A DNA stretch of 64,000 nt from Candidatus Latescibacterota bacterium (lineage in GTDB: Bacteria; Latescibacterota; UBA2968; UBA8231). Below the pieces are notes generated by a model. That model was not told the DNA's origin. It worked only from the letters and a program-made list of their open reading frames with translations, and made no database searches. A program made the position numbers and the translations under genes. Position 1 is the first letter of the stretch. Every line of letters starts with the position of its first letter. Shown here piece after piece: positions 29,038 to 37,649 of the stretch. The stretch is taken from NCBI GenBank assembly GCA_965215195.1, contig CBDCDC010000002.1, forward strand, positions 1,888,001 through 1,952,000, in the 5' to 3' direction.

Positions 29038-29472
29038 TTATTCCTCTTTTACGGCACCCAACTGCATCGCCGGGTTCTCGATTTTTTCTTTGGAGGCGGC
29101 GGTAGCGAGTTTTTGATCGAAGGTCGCCAGCTTGGCCTTGCGGCGGATGGCTGTTGCCAAATAGCTGGCATCGTATACAGTCAGGTCGTGGCGTTGTGCG
29201 AGGTCCAGAACCGTGGCTTCGTCGCGTGCGGTGTCCTCGCATAATGAAAGCTCGTCCGCGAGCTGAATCAGGCAGGTATCAAAATGCCGTTGGTCTATGC
29301 GCTTACGACGTTTCGCCCTGAGCAAAACGTTGCGAATCTCATACCAAAAAATGATCGGCGCGATGCGCTTTTCGGTATCCAATTGTTCCAGCAAAGCGCG
29401 GGCAAAGTCACTATGCTCTTCGTCGGGCAGTAGCTGGGCCGCTATCACCGAAGCGTCGATTACCGTAGCCAT
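29038..29472 (-). CDS. vapC: VapC/PIN-domain toxin
   Basis: VIDASV, YEIRN, LTVYDASYL and LATFDQKL retain all four PIN acidic residues. The ATG overlaps the Res stop codon (TGATG). Confidence 0.9.
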   Translation of the reverse strand: MATVIDASVIAAQLLPDEEHSDFARALLEQLDTEKRIAPIIFWYEIRNVLLRAKRRKRIDQRHFDTCLIQLADELSLCEDTARDEATVLDLAQRHDLTVYDASYLATAIRRKAKLATFDQKLATAASKEKIENPAMQLGAVKEE

Positions 29473-32312
29473 CAACGCCGGCCCTCTTCTTTCCAGTGGC
29501 GAATTTCCTGCTGCGTCACCGGCCGCATCTGCCGCTGGCGTTCACTCGATGTTTTAAGTGCTCTTCTCCAGATGAACGCGCCCAATGTCGGGTACTCGGT
29601 GGTAAACTCGTCTTGGTTGATGCGCGTGTACTTCCAAGATTTGCCGGTGATTTTGCTTACGCGCTTGCACCAGTCCCGCGCTGCGGCGTCCTTTTCGGCA
29701 GTGCCTTCCCAGACTCGGCCTTTGGTTTCGATGATCCAGTTCACTTCGCTGCCTTGGGTCTCTTGGACCACTACCCAGTCGGGATAGTAGAAGCCGATGG
29801 CACCGCTAGGCTTTAGATAGTCGATGCGGAACACGGTTCCGGAATTGCCCTGTTCCGTCGTCCCAAGTGCTGCGAAGCGCACGACATCTCCGGAGCGGTC
29901 CAAGAACGCTGCGAAGCTACGCTCAAAGCCGTTGTAGGTGGCGACGAAATTGAAAATAGTTTTCTTCGCCTCCAACGGCGGCAAGTTTCTTCTCCAGCTA
30001 AAGGGTTTCGTCAGGGATAGACGATAATCCTCTTTCTCGAACTCGACTGTACGCCGCTCGATGGTGAGCGCAGCGATCTCGCGGGCCATGTATCTGGCAA
30101 TACCCTCCTGCAACTCTAGCCGTGCCAGATGCGAGCGGATAGTTCCATCGGCCAGTTCGATTTTTCGCCCAAAACAACGGTTCACCACATAGTCCTGCAC
30201 AAGCGGATACATCTCCGCGAAGCAGTTGGTTAGCTTGGCATAATCAGCGGTCTTGTTGGCAATGCTCGCTAGAAGCTCTTGGGCGGGCCGTGGCTCCATA
30301 GCAATGTCGGCTTGATGTACCTCAGTCGCCGTGGTTGTGAATTGCATCTTCAGGCTGACCTGAAACGGTTCGGCTAGTTCTTCTTGGTCGAAAATCGCTT
30401 CAAGCGAATACACATCCAAGGTGGACAGCTTGCGGAAATTATGCGTTAGGCTTGGCTTGGTGACTGGAATAGCGATGTCGTACTTCAGCCGCTCTTGCAC
30501 AGGCCCGATGATGACCGGCAGCGGCGGATTGGTGTCAGTACTGGCTATACCGACTCCCTCGGCTTCCAGTTGATCTCGTAGGACTTTGAGCAAGTTTCGC
30601 GTGCCAAGCACCTCTAGGGTCTGCGTTTGGTCGGGGCTTACCTGTGTCATCAGGCGCAGTCCGCGACCAATCACCTGTTCCGGGAGTATCTCGGCTTGTG
30701 CAGTGAAAGGCCGCAATCCCAGTACCACTGTCACGTTGCGTACGTCCCACCCTTCGCGCAGCATCATCACGCTGACAATAGCTTTAATTTTACTCTCGGC
30801 CTTGTCGATGTCTCGCGCTGCTTGCCGCGCCTTGTCAATGTCTCCTTTTCGAACTTCTCCCGTATTGTTCGTGTGGATGATAAGCACCTCGGATTCCTTG
30901 AAGCCGAATTCCTTGGTCTTCCACAGGCACTTCCCCAAGGCGTCTGCATAGAGATTCTTCTCAGCCATGACAAAAAGTACCGGCCTAGTGTTGAGCTTGT
31001 TGTAGGTTTGCCAGTGTTCCTTCCAGCGCTGCACAGCGGCCTGTAGCCAGTAGCCGTACTTCTCCGCCACGTTTTCCTTGGTAACCCCGTCGGGGTCTTC
31101 GGTTGGCTGATTCGGATCATTCTCTTTGGTGACGATGAGCGGTGCCTTGACGATTTTGTCCTCCACGGCTTGTGCCAACGGGTAGTCCACAACCGTCCAA
31201 GGGAAGTACATGCCATTTTGGTCTTTCGGCGTGGCCGAAAAGTCGAGCCAAGCGTAGAGGCCCTGTGGCAGAGAGTTGTGAATGGCGAGCAGCGATTGAC
31301 TCCAAGCCAAGTCCTCGTCGTGGACGTGATGTGCTTCGTCATTTAGCACGACGAGGTCCTTTAGCGATTTCACGCGCTCCAGCGTGGAGTGCTGACCGGA
31401 TGACGCGAGGTCCTGTGCGGGCTTCTTGCCCAAGAGGGCTTCAACGGCATTTTCCGGTGTCCACTCCTCGTCGCAAGATTCGTAGAGTTGGTGAATGTTG
31501 GTGAGGAATAGATTCCCGGACGGGTCTGGCTCGGCGGCCTCGCCGCGCAGAATCACCTTTTGCGCGAAGCTGCCTTTCCACTCTGGTGGGATCAAGGGCA
31601 ATTCATGGAATATCCGGTTGTCGGCAAAATCCTTTTCTAATCGCTGATAGACGATCACATTGGGGGCGACGATGAGGAAGTTCGTGGAGAGATCCGAGCC
31701 GGGTACGCGCTGCTTGTGGAAGCGCGACCAGACGACCGCCATGGCCATCACCCAGGTTTTGCCCGAACCAGTGGCCATCTTGAAGGCGAAACGGCGCAGG
31801 TCTTCGGGCGGTAAGTCTTGGACGCCGTCTCGGTCCAGTTCCGGCACGTAGCGACGAAGCTGTCGCTGGCCGTTCATTGTGGTCTGAAATTCGATATTAT
31901 TCGAGAATAAGTCTTTCTGAGTAATTTTTCCGTACGTCTCAATGAGTGCCTTGGCATCTCGCTGCCCGGCGATCTCTACTAGCCACACCAGCGTCTCGAT
32001 CGCTTCGCGTTGGCAGAAGTAGTATCGGAAAGGCGCATCAAATCCGTTTACCGTATGATCCTCCTCAAACCAATACTCAAACAAGCGTCGAGCGACTCCC
32101 GATGCCCCCTCGTAACCACTGTCGCGCCAAGCATCTACGGCCTTGCGGATTTTCGGCACTAGCAGGAGTTGGCTCGGGCGGCGGCCGGATTCCTCGCGCC
32201 AGCCGGTCGGCGCGTCGTCGTCCTTGACCAAGTAGGAAGCGGGCCTTTCCCACGGGCGGCGACCCTGAATTTCCGGTAGGTCCTTGTCGTAATTGATGAC
32301 AGCTTTTGCCAT
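29472..32312 (-). CDS. Type III restriction endonuclease Res subunit (SF2 helicase + PD-(D/E)XK nuclease) with a C-terminal extension
   Basis: YFCQREAIET, MATGSGKT, NDEAHH, FSATP, LREGWDV, EQVIGRGLR and YPDWVV...IIETKG motifs. Confidence 0.9.
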   Translation of the reverse strand: MAKAVINYDKDLPEIQGRRPWERPASYLVKDDDAPTGWREESGRRPSQLLLVPKIRKAVDAWRDSGYEGASGVARRLFEYWFEEDHTVNGFDAPFRYYFCQREAIETLVWLVEIAGQRDAKALIETYGKITQKDLFSNNIEFQTTMNGQRQLRRYVPELDRDGVQDLPPEDLRRFAFKMATGSGKTWVMAMAVVWSRFHKQRVPGSDLSTNFLIVAPNVIVYQRLEKDFADNRIFHELPLIPPEWKGSFAQKVILRGEAAEPDPSGNLFLTNIHQLYESCDEEWTPENAVEALLGKKPAQDLASSGQHSTLERVKSLKDLVVLNDEAHHVHDEDLAWSQSLLAIHNSLPQGLYAWLDFSATPKDQNGMYFPWTVVDYPLAQAVEDKIVKAPLIVTKENDPNQPTEDPDGVTKENVAEKYGYWLQAAVQRWKEHWQTYNKLNTRPVLFVMAEKNLYADALGKCLWKTKEFGFKESEVLIIHTNNTGEVRKGDIDKARQAARDIDKAESKIKAIVSVMMLREGWDVRNVTVVLGLRPFTAQAEILPEQVIGRGLRLMTQVSPDQTQTLEVLGTRNLLKVLRDQLEAEGVGIASTDTNPPLPVIIGPVQERLKYDIAIPVTKPSLTHNFRKLSTLDVYSLEAIFDQEELAEPFQVSLKMQFTTTATEVHQADIAMEPRPAQELLASIANKTADYAKLTNCFAEMYPLVQDYVVNRCFGRKIELADGTIRSHLARLELQEGIARYMAREIAALTIERRTVEFEKEDYRLSLTKPFSWRRNLPPLEAKKTIFNFVATYNGFERSFAAFLDRSGDVVRFAALGTTEQGNSGTVFRIDYLKPSGAIGFYYPDWVVVQETQGSEVNWIIETKGRVWEGTAEKDAAARDWCKRVSKITGKSWKYTRINQDEFTTEYPTLGAFIWRRALKTSSERQRQMRPVTQQEIRHWKEEGRR

Positions 32313-32314
32313 GG

Positions 32315-32508
32315 CTATTTCACCTCAACATCAAGAGCTTGCGAGGTATCGTTGCCAAAGATGTCGATTACTTTGACCAGCACTCGGTATTTGCCGGACT
32401 TCTCGTAAGTGTGGGAGTCGGAAATGAGTGGGAGCCTTCGATCTTTACGCGTGCGGTAGGCGACCCATCCCTGCATGATTCGGTCTTCGTGATGTCGATC
32501 TTCGCCAT
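32315..32508 (-). pseudogene. Type III Mod methyltransferase remnant with a large internal deletion
   Basis: ATG-MAKIDITKTE is joined out of frame to WVAYRTRKDRRLPL...GKYRVLVKVIDIFGNDT, which resembles a Mod C-terminus. No DPPY or FxGxG motif remains. It sits 2 nt upstream of res. Confidence 0.75.
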
Positions 32509-32578
32509 TATTCCGCTCCTTGGATTTGCTCAAATACTCACGATCTTAGATGAGGATGTCAAAGTCAGCAGGCATCAT
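32498..32578 (-). pseudogene. Collapsed second copy of the AlbA-ATPase gene (ends only)
   Basis: Reads MMPADFDILI*DREYLSKSKERNNGED, matching the start (MTPADLDILI) and end (RDYLHKFKGRDNGED) of 33421..34887. Confidence 0.75.
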
Positions 32579-32759
32579 GCGCTCCCTCCGTCCATCCAAT
32601 AACGCCTTCCGCACGGCGCATCAACCGCAGATCGCATTCTTGGCAAATTTTCGCCTCGGTCTGAATTCGGTTGAACGGGCTGTCGAGATGGCCAATAACC
32701 TCGCGCTGACTGCCGCTGAGTTCCGGGTAGTGCTTTAGGATGGCGAGCGCGATGCTCAC
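32565..32759 (-). pseudogene. UvrD-like helicase/nuclease remnant (ends only)
   Basis: ELSGSQREVIGHLDSP (UvrD Q-motif region, cut just before Walker A) is fused to KICQECDLR (Cys tail typical of PD-(D/E)XK/AddB-like ends). Confidence 0.55.
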
Positions 32760-33376
32760 AACAGCCCCGCCTTCCTAAAGCTGAAGGTCTCCGACGCCGA
32801 CACGATTAGATGCTCGACAACCCGAAGGCTAATGGTTTCGGCGGCCAGTACGATGGCCCGCGTGACTACCTTGTCTTGTGCGCTCGGCTCGACATTGCCA
32901 TTCGGATGGTTGTGCGCGAGTACGAGTGCCGCTGCTTGGCGCTTGAGCGCGGACTCCACGACGCGGCGCGGATACACCGCTGCTCGATCAATTGTGCCTT
33001 CCTGAAGCGTTTCGACGCCGTCGCGGAGTAGCCGATGTGCGGAGTCGAGGTATGCCACGGCGAACACCTCGTGCTTGAGGTGACCGATCCGCATGCGCCA
33101 GAAGTCGCCGAGCCGCTCTGGGTCGCGCAGCACTTCCGCTTCCCCTGATGCTTCCTGCAAGTAGAGCGTCGCCGATTCGCGGATGACTTTCAGGGAGATC
33201 GCGGCGACCTCGCCGATGCCCGGCACTGACCGCAACTCGGTTAGCGGCGCGTCCAAAACACCTCGCAGGCTGCCGAAGCGCTTGAGCAGTGCCTTGGCTT
33301 GTTGCTTCACGTCCGAGCGGGGGATGGCCAAGGTCAACAGCAACTCAATGACCTCGTGTTCGGCGAATCCCGCCAA
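32756..33376 (-). CDS. radC: RadC/JAB domain protein, 5' end apparently frameshifted
   Basis: ELLLTLAIPR, LLKRFGSL, VPGIG, GTIDRAAVYPR and AHNHPNG..EPS..D motifs. The natural ATG (MAKTEAH*) at about 33434 is out of frame with RLCQRFLKSG. Confidence 0.85.
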   Translation of the reverse strand: MAGFAEHEVIELLLTLAIPRSDVKQQAKALLKRFGSLRGVLDAPLTELRSVPGIGEVAAISLKVIRESATLYLQEASGEAEVLRDPERLGDFWRMRIGHLKHEVFAVAYLDSAHRLLRDGVETLQEGTIDRAAVYPRRVVESALKRQAAALVLAHNHPNGNVEPSAQDKVVTRAIVLAAETISLRVVEHLIVSASETFSFRKAGLL

Positions 33377-33420
33377 GCCGCTCTTGAGGAAGCGTTGGCA
33401 AAGACGATTACTAGTGAGCC

Positions 33421-34887
33421 TCAGTCTTCGCCATTATCCCGCCCTTTGAATTTGTGCAAATAGTCGCGTCCCGCCGGCGTCAGGCGATAGCACTGCTTTT
33501 TGCTGCGCGGCTTGTCGGGGATGGTCATTTCGATCAAGCCGGCTTGCAGGGCGGGCAATAGGTAGGTTTTGCGGACGTGTTTGGTATTCTTCAGGCCCAA
33601 GGCTTCTTGGATCTGCCTTCTGTTCATCTCGCCCGATATTACCCCTAAAAGACGCACTGCCCCGGTATCTTGGGGGGTAACTTCCCCGGTATCTTGGGGG
33701 GTATCTTGAGGGGTAACTTGGGGGGTAACTTCCCGGGTAACTTGATCTTCTAGTGCCCGCACCTCGGGGTCCGGCCGGAAAACAACGACAAAAAAGGCAC
33801 CCCGAATCTTAAATTCCGGTTCCGGGCAGCCCTGCTCCCGCGCCTCGTCCCGAATACGGCGAATACCAGTGCCCGCTTTCTCGATAAACTCAATGCGGTG
33901 GAGCAGATCGGCGATAAGTGGATTGCGACGGATGCTCTCGCGGCCGAGTTCGGCCAACTTCAGGCCCGTTGGCAGGCCGCCGGGACTTATCACCTCAATG
34001 CGATTGGCGTAGATCTCGACGAAGACGTTGGCACCCTCGAAAAACCAATCGCGGTGCATGACCGCGTTGGTGATGGCCTCGCGCAGCGCCTTCATCGGGT
34101 ATTCCGGGACGTTTTCGCGGCGCAGGCTTTCAATGCGATAGGCCGTGCGGGTATTGCGCTCAATGAAACCCAAGGCGTCCTCAATGTCGGCCACGATGCC
34201 GCCGTCAAAATCGCGGCGGTCGAGGATACGCACTTTGTCCGCGCCTTTGCCGAGCAGGCAGGTGATGTAGGCTTCGGAGAAGAAGTGCCGCACGTTCTTG
34301 GCGAAGAAGAGCACCCCCGCGTTGCGGAAGAGTAGCTTATCGCCCGCCCGCTCGGCCGCCTCGATGTTGACCAGCACGTCTTCAAGCGGCGGTTGTCCAC
34401 TGATGCCGGACAGCTTGAGCCAAGCGTCGTACTTCTCGCGGTCGAAGTCCTCCGGGTAGCGGAAACGAGGACAGGGCGAGAGATCAAACCGGATCACGCC
34501 CTCGCTGCGGAAGAAATCGCGGATTTCGTCGCGGCTGAGCTTTTGGGTCACCGCGCCCTGACGCCAGAAGAAGCCTTCGCTGCATTGCACCGGCTTGGCG
34601 TCGCTTTCCCGGACATGCACTGCGAATACGTCATCCACCGGCTCCACCAGTACCTTCACCGGGGGGTCGCAATTGCGGGCGATGTCCTGAATGCGGGCGC
34701 GCAGGGCATTGGAGTCCTTGACGCCGGTCACAGTGCCGTCATCGCGCACCCCGAGCAGGAGCTTGCCCCCAACTGTGTTGGCCATGGCCACCAGTTCTCG
34801 TGAGAACGACGACGAGAGGCCCTCTTTGAACTCAAGCGTGGTCCCTTCGCCTTGCTGAATGAGAATATCGAGGTCCGCAGGTGTCAT
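33421..34887 (-). CDS. AlbA_2 (Schlafen-like) + HATPase_c_4 + wHTH protein (RecG-C-like ATP-binding regulator)
   Basis: GEGTTLEFKE, AMANTVGG.LLLGV.DDG, ALREAITNAVMHRD, ISPGGL, RNPLIA, IEKAGTGI and IPDKPRSKKQCYRLT motifs. Confidence 0.88.
   Translation of the reverse strand: MTPADLDILIQQGEGTTLEFKEGLSSSFSRELVAMANTVGGKLLLGVRDDGTVTGVKDSNALRARIQDIARNCDPPVKVLVEPVDDVFAVHVRESDAKPVQCSEGFFWRQGAVTQKLSRDEIRDFFRSEGVIRFDLSPCPRFRYPEDFDREKYDAWLKLSGISGQPPLEDVLVNIEAAERAGDKLLFRNAGVLFFAKNVRHFFSEAYITCLLGKGADKVRILDRRDFDGGIVADIEDALGFIERNTRTAYRIESLRRENVPEYPMKALREAITNAVMHRDWFFEGANVFVEIYANRIEVISPGGLPTGLKLAELGRESIRRNPLIADLLHRIEFIEKAGTGIRRIRDEAREQGCPEPEFKIRGAFFVVVFRPDPEVRALEDQVTREVTPQVTPQDTPQDTGEVTPQDTGAVRLLGVISGEMNRRQIQEALGLKNTKHVRKTYLLPALQAGLIEMTIPDKPRSKKQCYRLTPAGRDYLHKFKGRDNGED
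33661..33744 (-). repeat. In-frame 12-bp tandem repeat, about 7 units
   Basis: Encodes QVTR EVTP QVTP QDTP QDTG EVTP QDTG. Confidence 0.85.
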
Positions 34888-35144
34888 AGATTCTGAAGTA
34901 GTCGGAGCAGCTTAGTTGTGGAATCCCGCACTGCGTGATGGAGTTGGCCGCTGATATGCCTCAATTGATAGGGTTTGCTCGCTCGATGTCAAGCTGGTGG
35001 GGATGCTAGCAAGCGGCATTGTCTCGCCTCCGTCGTCCTATACTTTAGTGGCAAGCAAAAAGACGATGGAAAACCGAGCGAATTACGCGCTGTTGGCGAC
35101 CTCGCGAAACTTGGTGCCCGGCGTTAGGTAAGGAGGATGAGACA

Positions 35145-35351
35145 ATGAGACAAGCGATTATTTACCGAGGCGAAGATGGCTATTGGGTTGCTGAATGCCC
35201 TAGCTTGCCCGGTTGTATCAGCCAAGGGAAAACAAAGCAAGAAGCCATCGCCAACCTCAGAGAGGCGATTGAAGGGTACATTCTTTCCCTTGAGGAGGAT
35301 GGACTATTGGTTCCTAAAGAACAGTTTGAGGCATTGGTAGTAGCCGTGTGA
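35145..35351 (+). CDS. hicB: Short HicB family antitoxin (no DNA-binding domain)
   Basis: EDGYWVAECPSLPGCISQGKTKQEAIANLREAI; AGGAGG RBS. Confidence 0.9.
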   Translation: MRQAIIYRGEDGYWVAECPSLPGCISQGKTKQEAIANLREAIEGYILSLEEDGLLVPKEQFEALVVAV

Positions 35352-35542
35352 GCCGATTGCCGAGAATTTCAGGGAGAGCCTGCGTCAATGCACTCGGCAA
35401 AGTTGGTTTTTACCATAAACGCCAGCACGGTAGCCATATAATTCTGCGTCGATTCGCTCAAGTCGTCATTCCCGATCACAAAGAACTGGATAGGATCAGA
35501 CAAGCTGACCTTGGTGTAGAAGAGTTTGTACGATTACTGTGA
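35348..35542 (+). CDS. hicA: HicA family toxin, possibly degenerate
   Basis: LPRISG...GFYHKRQHGSHIILRR..VIPDHKELD..IRQA. Shorter than usual and lacks the GTLxxI segment. Confidence 0.75.
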   Translation: MSRLPRISGRACVNALGKVGFYHKRQHGSHIILRRFAQVVIPDHKELDRIRQADLGVEEFVRLL

Positions 35543-35557
35543 ACGCGTTGTTAGCCG

Positions 35558-36496
35558 ATGGATAAATTGCCCGATGTCATTCCCTTGACGCCCTATTACC
35601 GCGAGATGGTGTGGGGCGGACGCCGCTTAGCCGCGCTCTACGGCAAGGCCCTGCCAGACGATGCGCTCGTTGGCGAGTCCTTTGAACTGTCTGCGTATGA
35701 GGGCCGCGAGAGCCGGGCGGCGGACGGTCGCTCCCTGTGCGAGTTGGTGGAAACGCACCGGGCCGACTTGGTCGGCGCGGCCGTGTGGGCGCGCTACGGT
35801 GGGCACTTCCCCCTGCTGGTCAAGCTCCTCGACGCTCAGCAAGACCTGTCGATCCAAGTGCATCCCAGCGACGAGTACGCCCGGCGCAACGGATTGGCCG
35901 ACAGCGGCAAGATGGAGGCGTGGTACGTGCTACAATCAGACGGCGGCCGCGTGGCTTGCGGGCTGGCCGAGGGCGTGGGCCGTGCGGAGTTTGTCGCTGC
36001 ACACGCGGCCAACCGCGTGGCCGAGGTCGTCCGCTTTTACCCAGTCGCGCCGGGGGACGTGCTCTTTTTGCCGCCGGGCACGGTACACGCCCTGTGCCGA
36101 GGGGTCGTCCTGTACGAGGTGCAGCAAGCGAGCGACCTGACCTTCCGCATTTACGACTACGGCCGGCCGCGCCCCCTGCACTGGGAGCAGGCCCTCGCGG
36201 TCATCAACTTTGCCCAGGGCTTGCCCGGGCCGGTGCCGCATCCAGTGCTGCGCGGCCAAGTGCTGGTAGAGTCCGAGCACTTTGTGCTGCACGGCTGCGG
36301 CTTACCCAGCGGTCAAGCCGAGCATCGGGCTGAAGAGTCGTTTCTGGCGCTGACGGTCGTCCGCGGCCGGGCGCGCGTGGGCGAGTGTGCCTTGAGCGCG
36401 GGCGCGACCGCATTAGTACCGGCTGGGCGCACTTGCGAGATCGTGCGACTGGGGAGCGAAAAATTGGACTATTTAATCGCTTCCGTACCCACCTGA
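35558..36496 (+). CDS. manA: Mannose-6-phosphate isomerase class I
   Basis: VWGGRRL, GESFELSA, FPLLVKLLDA..DLSIQVHP, KMEAWY, PGTVHA and EVQQASDLTFRIYDYGR motifs. Confidence 0.9.
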   Translation: MDKLPDVIPLTPYYREMVWGGRRLAALYGKALPDDALVGESFELSAYEGRESRAADGRSLCELVETHRADLVGAAVWARYGGHFPLLVKLLDAQQDLSIQVHPSDEYARRNGLADSGKMEAWYVLQSDGGRVACGLAEGVGRAEFVAAHAANRVAEVVRFYPVAPGDVLFLPPGTVHALCRGVVLYEVQQASDLTFRIYDYGRPRPLHWEQALAVINFAQGLPGPVPHPVLRGQVLVESEHFVLHGCGLPSGQAEHRAEESFLALTVVRGRARVGECALSAGATALVPAGRTCEIVRLGSEKLDYLIASVPT

Positions 36497-36550
36497 AAAG
36501 CCTTGCTGGAACGTTCACTAGGATATTTCGTCCGTTCCTTCAGCTTCCCC

Positions 36551-37606
36551 TCAATCCAGCCCTATCTCCCCCCCCGCCTCTTGGCTCCGATAGATCCCAT
36601 CGAGAATTTTCATCACCTGTAAGGATTGTTCAGGCGGCACCGGCGAGGGCCGCCCTTGGGCAATCGCCGCGGCGAACTCCACGCATTCCTGCGCGTGGGC
36701 TTCGAGGCCGTCGTACATCAGCATGAGCTTGCGGTCGTACTGCTGGCGGGTCTGGTTGTTGCTCTCGCAAATCGAGCACTGGGGCCAATGCGCCCCGCCG
36801 CGGCTGCCGTAGAGCCACATCTGCATGTCCTCGCCTTGGACCGGGTGGTGCAAAAGCCAGCTCACCTCCAGCATGAGCGTCGCGCCGTTGGCAAAGCGCA
36901 CAAAGGCCGCGGCAAAATCCTCGACATCGTAGTGGGCGGGGATCGGCTGGCGACCCCATTGGCTGAAAGCCCCCTCTTGGTGCGCCAATTCAGCGCGGGC
37001 CACGCCCGAAACAGCCACCGGCTCGGGATGCCCCATAAACCACAAGGTCAGGTCGAGAATGTGGACCCCAATGTCGATACAAGGACCGCCGCCGCTGTGC
37101 TCCTTGAGAATAAACCCGCCGCCGACCGGCGCACCGGCCCGGCGCAGCATCCAACTGCGGGCGTGGTAGATGGGGCCGAGCGCGCCTGTGTCCAACTCGG
37201 CCTTTAGCGCACGCGCCGCCCCCTGAAAGCGAAAGTGCTGGGCCGTCATCAGCTCCTTGCCCGAGGCATCGCGCGCCGCAATCATCTGGCGCACGTCCTC
37301 GGGCGTGGGGGCCAAGGGCTTCTCGCAGATTACGTGCTTGCCAGCCGACAGCGCGGCAATGGCCAACGGGGCGTGATACATGTTGGGCGTGCAGATGTCG
37401 ATAATGTCGATATCGGGATCGCTGAACAGCACCTCCGGGTCGGCGTGCAGCTTGGCGACCCCGTTTTCTGCGCCAAAGCGCCGCAGCGCGTCCGCGCTAA
37501 TATCGCTGCCGGCGACCAACTCGGCCTCGCTAGAAGCTTCCCATCCGGGGATGTGCGTGCGGGCGATCCCGCCGACGCCGACGATACCTACTTTGAGCGT
37601 ACTCAT
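36551..37606 (-). CDS. Gfo/Idh/MocA family oxidoreductase
   Basis: VGIVGVGGIA, ICTPN..H, GKHVICEKP and GGGPCIDIGVH motifs. Confidence 0.92.
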   Translation of the reverse strand: MSTLKVGIVGVGGIARTHIPGWEASSEAELVAGSDISADALRRFGAENGVAKLHADPEVLFSDPDIDIIDICTPNMYHAPLAIAALSAGKHVICEKPLAPTPEDVRQMIAARDASGKELMTAQHFRFQGAARALKAELDTGALGPIYHARSWMLRRAGAPVGGGFILKEHSGGGPCIDIGVHILDLTLWFMGHPEPVAVSGVARAELAHQEGAFSQWGRQPIPAHYDVEDFAAAFVRFANGATLMLEVSWLLHHPVQGEDMQMWLYGSRGGAHWPQCSICESNNQTRQQYDRKLMLMYDGLEAHAQECVEFAAAIAQGRPSPVPPEQSLQVMKILDGIYRSQEAGGEIGLD

Positions 37607-37649
37607 GGCTTATCCTTTTGTGAATTGTGGTTTGATACACCGGTTCGGT

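Noticed and set aside
35066-35131. Short ORF MENRANYALLATSRNLVPGVR resembling a tmRNA tag (NYAL)
   Set aside because: The motif is not at the C-terminus and no tRNA-like ends are visible; probably chance.
29007-35557. Defence island as an integrative mobile element
   Set aside because: The sequence looks less GC-rich by eye, but I found no integrase, transposase, tRNA or flanking direct repeats, so no mobile element is called.
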